The translations under genes and the position numbers were made by a program. A stretch of 64,000 nt of DNA. It comes from Bacteroidota bacterium (GTDB lineage Bacteria; Bacteroidota; Ignavibacteria; UBA10030; UBA6906). Below the pieces are notes generated by a model that worked only from the letters and a program-made list of their open reading frames with translations, searched no databases and was not told the DNA's origin. The stretch is taken from positions 150,213-214,212 of the forward strand of contig JANNSJ010000058.1 in NCBI GenBank assembly GCA_031402435.1, in the 5' to 3' direction. Every line of letters begins with the position of its first letter. Positions within the stretch are counted from its first letter, which is position 1. Shown here piece by piece: positions 58,062 to 64,000 of the stretch.

Positions 58062-59321
58062 ATGAAGTGTTGCTTTGTCAGTCTTCTTTCGATATTCACG
58101 ATAGCCAACATCGGCGCGTATGCTGCAATTAAGGTTCATCCCCATTGGGTTAATGTGAACACGACCGGCGCAACGACGGTGTTTCTCACGTTTGGAGGAG
58201 TTGCCGGATTCGTCCCGGGTGAATCAGTGTGGTGCGGAGAAATTATGGACGCCGCTCCCGACATCGGCTTGAAGCCGGTACAGGGAACAATCTTCGGCAC
58301 GCTCCCGGCAAGATTGAACCTCTCGACATTCAGCGGCAATGGCGGGTTCACGGACATCATGTCCATCCCACCGTCGGTGTCGCGACGTGCATACCAGGCA
58401 GCCGCTGCAGGTGCGCGGTCAACGTTCTTCTATGTACGCCGGTTCATCAGCACGACGGGCGGTCCGGACGAATATGTTGCCGTGACATGTGAGTTGACCG
58501 GCGGTGGAGCACGCTCGCCGTTCGCCCTGACAAATATCGAGCTTTCATTCGAGAGCCATGACAATCTTCCTTCAGTGAAGGAAGGAAGTGTGGCGCCGTC
58601 GGTTTCAGCATCAATCATCTACAACGGAACCGGACAATTGCATGGAAGGTGGGAGATTGTTCGCCCCGGTGATGTGCCTCCATCAGAACAAGACCTTCTC
58701 ACTGAAGCAACGCTCCCGCTTGAGCAGCGGTCGCAGCAACGACGGTACACGGTGATGGAACGCTTCAGTGTTTTCCTGCCGCCGACCGGAACCTTCACAT
58801 TGCGCGGCCCCGAGCCATCAAAACTTCCCACCGGCGTCAGCGGGCTCTATATGATTCTCCTTCGCATTGAGACATCGGTGGATGTTGAGTCAACTTCTGA
58901 TCTTGTCGAAGCAGGCGCAGGTCCGGCGTCTGTACAGGCCGGAGGTGTAGCAGGATTTCCCATTCCCCCTCTTCGGTATTTTGTGGGAGGAGCGCCGGAT
59001 CTGCGCGTCAATACCATCAACCTCCTCTCACCGGTGGATAGGGTGACTGCCACGCCTGGATTGCCCATTGACCTTTCCTGGATGGAAATCCGTGAAGGTG
59101 CTCTCTATCGTGTCGTCGTCATCGACGCGTCGAATGAAATTGTGGTGTCGGCGCTCCTTCGACCCGGCGTTGGAGCGTACAGGCTGTCCCCATGGATTTG
59201 GACAAAGACGGATGCGCGGCATGTTTTGTGGAGCGTCGAAGCTCTCAACGATCTCGGTGATGTGGTGAGCAAGAGCGAATGGCGAACCGTGTTCCGCGAT
59301 ACTCATGAGCAAAAGAAATGA
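58062..59321 (+). CDS. Exported hypothetical protein with C-terminal FN3-like domain
   Basis: Signal peptide; 8 nt after the barrel stop; C-terminal INLLSP...DLSW...YRV...WSVEAL pattern. Confidence 0.7.
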   Translation: MKCCFVSLLSIFTIANIGAYAAIKVHPHWVNVNTTGATTVFLTFGGVAGFVPGESVWCGEIMDAAPDIGLKPVQGTIFGTLPARLNLSTFSGNGGFTDIMSIPPSVSRRAYQAAAAGARSTFFYVRRFISTTGGPDEYVAVTCELTGGGARSPFALTNIELSFESHDNLPSVKEGSVAPSVSASIIYNGTGQLHGRWEIVRPGDVPPSEQDLLTEATLPLEQRSQQRRYTVMERFSVFLPPTGTFTLRGPEPSKLPTGVSGLYMILLRIETSVDVESTSDLVEAGAGPASVQAGGVAGFPIPPLRYFVGGAPDLRVNTINLLSPVDRVTATPGLPIDLSWMEIREGALYRVVVIDASNEIVVSALLRPGVGAYRLSPWIWTKTDARHVLWSVEALNDLGDVVSKSEWRTVFRDTHEQKK

Positions 59322-59350
59322 TTGAAAGAGTCTTACAAGCCGTGGAAGGG

Positions 59351-59369
59351 TTTGAGGAGCTCCGCCTCA
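59351..59369. promoter_or_regulatory. Candidate operator copy 2 (TTTGAGGAGCTCCGCCTCA)
   Basis: TGAGG-N7-CCTCA inverted repeat ending 55 nt upstream of ATG 59425. Confidence 0.35.
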
Positions 59370-59390
59370 CCGACCGGCAAGAGTTTTATG

Positions 59391-59460
59391 TTCACTATGT
59401 CATTATCAACCAGGAGATGCATCAATGAAGTCCACAATGCGATGGTTTGCCCTTGCTCTA
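59391..59460 (+). repeat. Duplicated 5' leader / RBS / signal-peptide segment, copy 1
   Basis: 59412..59460 matches 60349..60397 at 43/49 positions; TTCACTAT..CATT..ATCAAC is also shared upstream. Confidence 0.8.
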
Positions 59461-60243
59461 ATTGTAGGAACAGTCGACACTGCATCTGCCGACAACATCT
59501 CCAAGACTTTTGAGTTTGGTGCAGGTACACCACAACCCCGCTCTCACGTCAGAACTTTTGATATCCCATGCAACCGCGAGATTGCTGCTGTAGTGAAATT
59601 CCAAAGGTTGGGATCCGTCAACGCCAACAACGATATCCCGATCATCATCGAGGTGCATGAACCGGACCTGGTGGCAGGGCAAGAGAATTCGGTGTACTAC
59701 GAAGAGAGCGCCATGGCCAAACTCACCGAGCAAACCGTTATTGTGCGCGTTCCAGGAAAAAGTCGCGGATGTTCTCTGCCGTGGCGAGTCAGAGTCAGAT
59801 ATGCCGGTGAAGGTGCGGCTCCATCCCGCGTATTTGGCAGCATCAGAATCGATTTCGACGGCAGTCAGAGAAACGTCAACTTCGAAACCGTGGGGATAGC
59901 CGGGAAAGGCAGAGTTAAGCAAAGCAACACGGACGCTTTTGGCCTTAAGCAAGGTGTTGTCGAAATCACTGCGACGTGGTATCACTTCATCGGAGGGATC
60001 CAGTTTATAGGACCCAATCCGATAAAACTTGAAATCAGCCTGGTGGATCCAAACGGAACGGTTGTGAAAACGGTCAAAGCATATTCGAGTGACGAACTCA
60101 GAGGTGAGTTGACGAAATTCAAACTGACGTATCAAGTTACGAACTGCATTTCCGGCAAATGGAAATTGAGCGTCTTTAACCCAACAAATGATGACGCGAA
60201 CTTCAGAAGTGTCAATGCCACGTTTACGCCCGGTTGCCCGTAG
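59425..60243 (+). CDS. Secreted beta-sandwich protein, unknown function (4 Cys)
   Basis: AGGAG RBS; signal peptide MKSTMRWFALAL; two beta-rich halves; ends PGCP. Confidence 0.75.
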   Translation: MKSTMRWFALALIVGTVDTASADNISKTFEFGAGTPQPRSHVRTFDIPCNREIAAVVKFQRLGSVNANNDIPIIIEVHEPDLVAGQENSVYYEESAMAKLTEQTVIVRVPGKSRGCSLPWRVRVRYAGEGAAPSRVFGSIRIDFDGSQRNVNFETVGIAGKGRVKQSNTDAFGLKQGVVEITATWYHFIGGIQFIGPNPIKLEISLVDPNGTVVKTVKAYSSDELRGELTKFKLTYQVTNCISGKWKLSVFNPTNDDANFRSVNATFTPGCP

Positions 60244-60325
60244 CTGGCTGGGAACACAAAACGAGGCACGACAATCGTCGAGCTCTCAACGATCCTTACG
60301 ATGTAGATTTGTCAATGGCATCACA

Positions 60326-60397
60326 TTCACTATTCCATTCATCAACAAAGGAGATACATCAATGAACACCACAACACGTTGGTTTGCCCTTGCTCTA
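60326..60397 (+). repeat. Duplicated 5' leader / RBS / signal-peptide segment, copy 2
   Basis: Partner of 59391..59460. Confidence 0.8.
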
Positions 60398-61534
60398 CTC
60401 GTCGGTCTCGTATGGGAGACGAGTATGGCGGGAACGGTAATTGGGACAGTCGGGAAGACTTGCTATCCACCCACATTTGCCCAGTCAAACACTGCTCTGC
60501 TGGATGTTGGCGGCGATTGGATAGAGAATATTGATAGAGTCACGTCCCCGGCCGGTGTCAGCGTCACCATCGTTGCCAAGTACAACGGCTCTCAGGGTAA
60601 CCCGCGCAACTTTGGAGGAAAAGGAATGGTAACACTCAAGATCGGGACAAGTAATGCATCGCCCGGTACCAAGACAATTAACCTCATCAACGATCCTGAT
60701 CTGGGAGTGGGGGGAGAAACATTTTCATTTACCATTACCGTCGCGGCACTTCCGACCGTGACAAGTGTGGATGTGCCAACTCCGGCTGATGCATTCCAGG
60801 ATATCACCGTAACCCTCACCGGAACCGGGCTTCAGGGTGCTGTGGACCCCGCGTCCGGCGCCATAGTCATTGACAACCTGGTCCCGTTCATCACCATCGG
60901 TGGTACCGCAACCGTGAGTAGTGTCCGTGTGCTCAATTCATCGGAAACGTCGTTACAGGCAAAGATAATTTTCTCCGCCCTCATACAGGATGCAACCGTC
61001 GAGCTGACCCTCAAAAGCAATGCGGCATGCAGTCCTCTCAGTAACACCATCTCTCCGGGCGGGTTCAAGAAAAAGGTGCGTGTCAAGAGCAGCAACGTCA
61101 AGAACTATGTCGAATCTTTCGTCTTCCCTCAAGGAAGCACATTTGACAGAAACAGCATCGGGACAATAAACCTCAATCTGTTGTTCGCAGCACCCACGAA
61201 CACGCAAACGAGAACAAGAACGGGGGCACTGATAACAATTACAGGGCCCACGAACGCTACTCAAAACTCCACGGTCTTCTATAAATTCGTCCCGTCAAAT
61301 GCATTTACAAGGCCCGATGGAACCCCATTCCCGACAATAACCGGTGGTTTTATTCAAGTAAAAGCAAACCCTGGAGAAGACGTTATCCCGATTTCGTTTA
61401 AGGTTGTTGATTGCCTCGGAGGTCAGCCCGGCCAGGTGAACACGGTAAAGATCCAGACATGGATGCACACCACAAACACAAACCTTCCACCAAGCTTTGT
61501 CGAGAAGACATTCAGCGTTCGGTGTATTCAGTAG
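60362..61534 (+). CDS. Secreted Thr/Ser-rich multi-Ig-like protein, unknown function (4 Cys)
   Basis: AAGGAG RBS; signal peptide MNTTTRWFALAL; IPT/TIG-like ITVTLTGTGL segment; ends VRCIQ. Confidence 0.75.
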   Translation: MNTTTRWFALALLVGLVWETSMAGTVIGTVGKTCYPPTFAQSNTALLDVGGDWIENIDRVTSPAGVSVTIVAKYNGSQGNPRNFGGKGMVTLKIGTSNASPGTKTINLINDPDLGVGGETFSFTITVAALPTVTSVDVPTPADAFQDITVTLTGTGLQGAVDPASGAIVIDNLVPFITIGGTATVSSVRVLNSSETSLQAKIIFSALIQDATVELTLKSNAACSPLSNTISPGGFKKKVRVKSSNVKNYVESFVFPQGSTFDRNSIGTINLNLLFAAPTNTQTRTRTGALITITGPTNATQNSTVFYKFVPSNAFTRPDGTPFPTITGGFIQVKANPGEDVIPISFKVVDCLGGQPGQVNTVKIQTWMHTTNTNLPPSFVEKTFSVRCIQ

Positions 61535-61552
61535 GAAATATTCCTCATGCTT

Positions 61553-61588
61553 GGCCGGGCATTCTCGGATGTCCGGCCGTGTTTCTTT
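61553..61588 (+). terminator. Terminator-like hairpin after the secreted-protein cluster
   Basis: GGCCGGGCAT-N6-ATGTCCGGCC followed by GTGTTTCTTT. Confidence 0.55.
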
Positions 61589-61700
61589 CGAGACGGTGAG
61601 CAGTGGAGGGCAAACGGTTCATGGCCGGGCGCTGTTGAGAAGTGTGAAGAAAGATCGGATGGCTGCTCATTGCTCTCATTCTTCTGCAAACACTGGTTTG

Positions 61701-61730
61701 GGGCTCCGCGAGGAGCCCTTTTCATTTTCT
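61701..61730 (+). terminator. Rho-independent terminator with GNRA tetraloop
   Basis: GGGCTCC-GCGA-GGAGCCC followed by TTTTCATTTT. Confidence 0.65.
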
Positions 61731-61757
61731 CGCGAGTTAGACAATCTTCAGCTGCTC

Positions 61758-61785
61758 TTGACATTGAGTTAGATTTGTATAAATT
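61758..61785 (+). promoter_or_regulatory. Candidate sigma70 promoter of the DtxR-feoB operon
   Basis: TTGACA-N16-TAAATT immediately upstream of the operator. Confidence 0.5.
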
Positions 61786-61789
61786 ATGT

Positions 61790-61805
61790 TTTAGGTATAC
61801 CTAAA
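61790..61805. promoter_or_regulatory. DtxR/MntR-type operator
   Basis: Perfect 16-bp palindrome TTTAGGTATACCTAAA between the promoter and ATG 61823; resembles the TTAGG...CCTAA boxes of the DtxR family. Confidence 0.8.
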
Positions 61806-61822
61806 CAATTACTGGCAGAACG

Positions 61823-62476
61823 ATGCGTAATATCAGTACCGAGGATTACATCAAGGCAATCTACAAACTTGAGCATGGCGGTGGGAACGTCACCACATCG
61901 GCCCTCGCGACACAGTTGCAACTCGCAGATGCTTCCATCACCGATATGGTCAAAAAGCTCTCGGAAAAGGGGCTTGTCCACTACAAGCGCTATCAAGGTG
62001 TGGGGCTGACAGCCAGGGGGAAGCGCATGGCGCTCAAGATCGTGCGGCGGCATCGGCTCTGGGAGATGTATCTTGTGAAATTCCTTGGCTTTTCGTGGGA
62101 CCAGGTACACGATGAGGCGGAACGCCTTGAGCATGTGACGTCGGAAGAGATGGAAGCACGGCTCGACCGGGCGCTTGGCTCTCCGTCGGTCGATCCGCAC
62201 GGTGATCCCATTCCTACCGTTGATGGGGATCTTAATCATCCGGAGTATACGGCACTGTCCGACTCTGAGGCTGGAGCCGTTGTGCGTGTGTTACGTGTCA
62301 GCGATCAGGATTCCCAGATACTCCAGCATGCAACGAAACTCGGGCTGGGTTTGAACAAGAAACTCACTATCAAAGAGAAGATGACATTCGATGGATCGAT
62401 GGTGGTAAAAGTAGCTGGCAAGGATCATTTTATCAGCAAAGAAGTGGCAGGCTCAATCTTTGTTGAACCAGCCTAG
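61823..62476 (+). CDS. mntR: DtxR/MntR-family metal-dependent repressor with C-terminal FeoA domain
   Basis: [37 protein letters not shown], FeoA-like C-terminus. Confidence 0.93.
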   Translation: MRNISTEDYIKAIYKLEHGGGNVTTSALATQLQLADASITDMVKKLSEKGLVHYKRYQGVGLTARGKRMALKIVRRHRLWEMYLVKFLGFSWDQVHDEAERLEHVTSEEMEARLDRALGSPSVDPHGDPIPTVDGDLNHPEYTALSDSEAGAVVRVLRVSDQDSQILQHATKLGLGLNKKLTIKEKMTFDGSMVVKVAGKDHFISKEVAGSIFVEPA

Positions 62477-62509
62477 TACTTTTGATGTTTCATTGAGGTT
62501 TGAATAACT

Positions 62510-63541
62510 ATGATAAACCCACTGATGGCATTGCTCGTTGCGTTCGCGGGATTCACTTTGCTTGGAGTGATACTCTGGCCAAAACGGGGTGTTGTTGCCC
62601 GCTGGCAGATCGCGAAACTCAACCATACACGCGCACTCATTGAGGACGCGTTGAAACACTTGTATGACTGTGAGTACAGGATGCTAGTGTGTACGCGGCA
62701 GAGCGTTGCCGGCGCTCTCGGGATTTCCGGGGATGACGCGGCGGCTGTTCTTCTCAAGCTGGAAACCCTTGGATTGCTGAAGACGCTTGGTGACGGTCTC
62801 CAACTGACAGGCGACGGTCGTTCGTATGCACTCCGCATCATCAGGGTTCACCGACTCTGGGAGCGGTACCTTGCCGATGAAACCGGTATGGCGGAAACGC
62901 AATGGCATGCCGAGGCTGAGCACGCTGAACACGTGATGACGCTGGATGAAGCAGACGCGCTCTCTGCGCAGATGGGGCATCCTCGTTTCGATCCGCACGG
63001 AGATCCCATCCCAACTTCCAGCGGGGATCTTCCCACCCCACGCGGACATTCTCTGACGCAACTTCAGCCAGGGGGGAGGGGCCAGATCGTCCATATCGAG
63101 GATGAACCCAACGCGATATATGCAAAGCTCGTGGCGCAGGGGCTATATCCCGGAGTCAAGATTCTGGTTCTTGACAAAAGAGACGACAGGATTCGGTTTG
63201 AGGCAGACGGGGTTGAGAATGTTCTGGCGCCTGTTGTCGCAGCGAATGTCACGGTGGTTCCCCTGACGGCCGAGGTGCCGATGGAAGGTCCTCACGAATC
63301 TCTTGCAGACCTGAAACTCGGGGAGTCGGCGCGTGTTGCCGGTATTTCCCGAACATGCCGGGGACAGCAGCGAAGACGCCTCATGGACCTCGGGATTATC
63401 CCCGGGACACTGATTAGCGCCGAAATTCGAAGCGCAAGTGGCGACCCCACGGCATATTGTATCAGAGGCGCCACTATTGCATTGCGGAACAAACAAGCGA
63501 GGATGATACACATCCATAGCGGGAAGGAAACCATTCAATGA
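62510..63541 (+). CDS. Membrane-anchored DtxR-family protein with two FeoA domains
   Basis: N-terminal hydrophobic helix; IEDALKHLY; [10 protein letters not shown]; HAEAEHAEH; DPHGDPIP; two FeoA repeats ([18 protein letters not shown]). Confidence 0.88.
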   Translation: MINPLMALLVAFAGFTLLGVILWPKRGVVARWQIAKLNHTRALIEDALKHLYDCEYRMLVCTRQSVAGALGISGDDAAAVLLKLETLGLLKTLGDGLQLTGDGRSYALRIIRVHRLWERYLADETGMAETQWHAEAEHAEHVMTLDEADALSAQMGHPRFDPHGDPIPTSSGDLPTPRGHSLTQLQPGGRGQIVHIEDEPNAIYAKLVAQGLYPGVKILVLDKRDDRIRFEADGVENVLAPVVAANVTVVPLTAEVPMEGPHESLADLKLGESARVAGISRTCRGQQRRRLMDLGIIPGTLISAEIRSASGDPTAYCIRGATIALRNKQARMIHIHSGKETIQ

Positions 63542-64000
63542 CAACTCAGACACCTGGCTCTTGCGAGACGTGTCCAGTCCATAACCTTGGCAACCTGATC
63601 AAGCTGGGTGTGGACATGAAAGGGAGTGACTTTGTTGTTGCACTTGCCGGCAATCCCAATACCGGCAAGAGCACGGTATTCAATGCGATGACCGGGCTGC
63701 GCCAACATACCGGCAATTGGCCCGGGAAGACGGTGGTGAGGGCAGAAGGTGGTTTCATGTTTGGCGGTAAGCGCTACAAGATCGTAGACCTGCCGGGAAC
63801 ATATTCGCTGCTATCAACAAGCACTGATGAAGATGTTGCGCGCAATTTTATTCTCTTTGGTCAGCCGGATGTCACCATTATTGTTGCCGATGCGACCCGA
63901 TTGGAACGCAATCTCAATCTTGTGTTGCAAGTGCTGGAGATAACGGACCGTGTTGTGGTGTGCCTCAATCTGACTGACGAGGCAGAGCGTCACGGGATCC
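63538..64000 (+). CDS. feoB: FeoB N-terminal GTPase domain (3' truncated by window edge)
   Basis: ATGA overlap with the previous gene; reads [13 protein letters not shown]...[19 protein letters not shown]...GNWPGKTV...VDLPGTYSL...DATRLERNL. Not in the ORF track. Confidence 0.93.
   Translation, partial: MTTQTPGSCETCPVHNLGNLIKLGVDMKGSDFVVALAGNPNTGKSTVFNAMTGLRQHTGNWPGKTVVRAEGGFMFGGKRYKIVDLPGTYSLLSTSTDEDVARNFILFGQPDVTIIVADATRLERNLNLVLQVLEITDRVVVCLNLTDEAERHGI

Noticed and set aside
61580-61730. Naming this segment a yybP-ykoY or NiCo riboswitch
   Set aside because: Only short fragments (TGAGCAG, GCCGGGC) resemble remembered motifs, and the operon's own promoter lies downstream of the terminator. 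Kept only as an unnamed candidate.

Overview
A bacterial chromosomal segment, most likely from the Ignavibacteria/Chlorobi/Bacteroidota lineage. This is an inference from four proteins with T9SS-type C-terminal tails (QNYPNP[F/W]NPxTxI) together with TTGACA/TAnnnT-type promoters. Housekeeping blocks (acpS; xerD-class V aminotransferase-M50-lysA-asd-aldolase-ddl; ftsB-rarA-lptD; tig-clpP-clpX; tRNA-Pro(GGG) and tRNA-Leu(TAG)) alternate with accessory blocks rich in signalling genes. Four regions stand out. (1) 10.3-17.3 kb: a heme-c (CxxCH) sensor kinase, a sigma54 activator and an ECF sigma lie upstream of a Cyc2-like fused monoheme cytochrome-porin and three small exported proteins, two of them carrying heme c motifs. 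This is a candidate regulated outer-membrane electron-transfer module. (2) A ~5.9 kb island without an integrase is inserted at the anticodon loop of tRNA-Leu(TAG), bounded by 51-bp direct repeats at 36984 and 42935. It separates the tRNA from tig and carries an ECF43-like sigma, a Hanks kinase and a T9SS propeller cargo between them. (3) 51.9-61.5 kb: a propeller/NarL two-component system is followed by an unknown outer-membrane barrel, a partner protein and two secreted proteins that share a duplicated RBS and signal-peptide leader. (4) Two tandem DtxR/MntR-FeoA regulators, one membrane-anchored, sit behind a perfect 16-bp operator and ahead of feoB. All family assignments come from motifs read by eye; no database searches were run. 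Several starts were moved from the ORF track to better-supported start codons.
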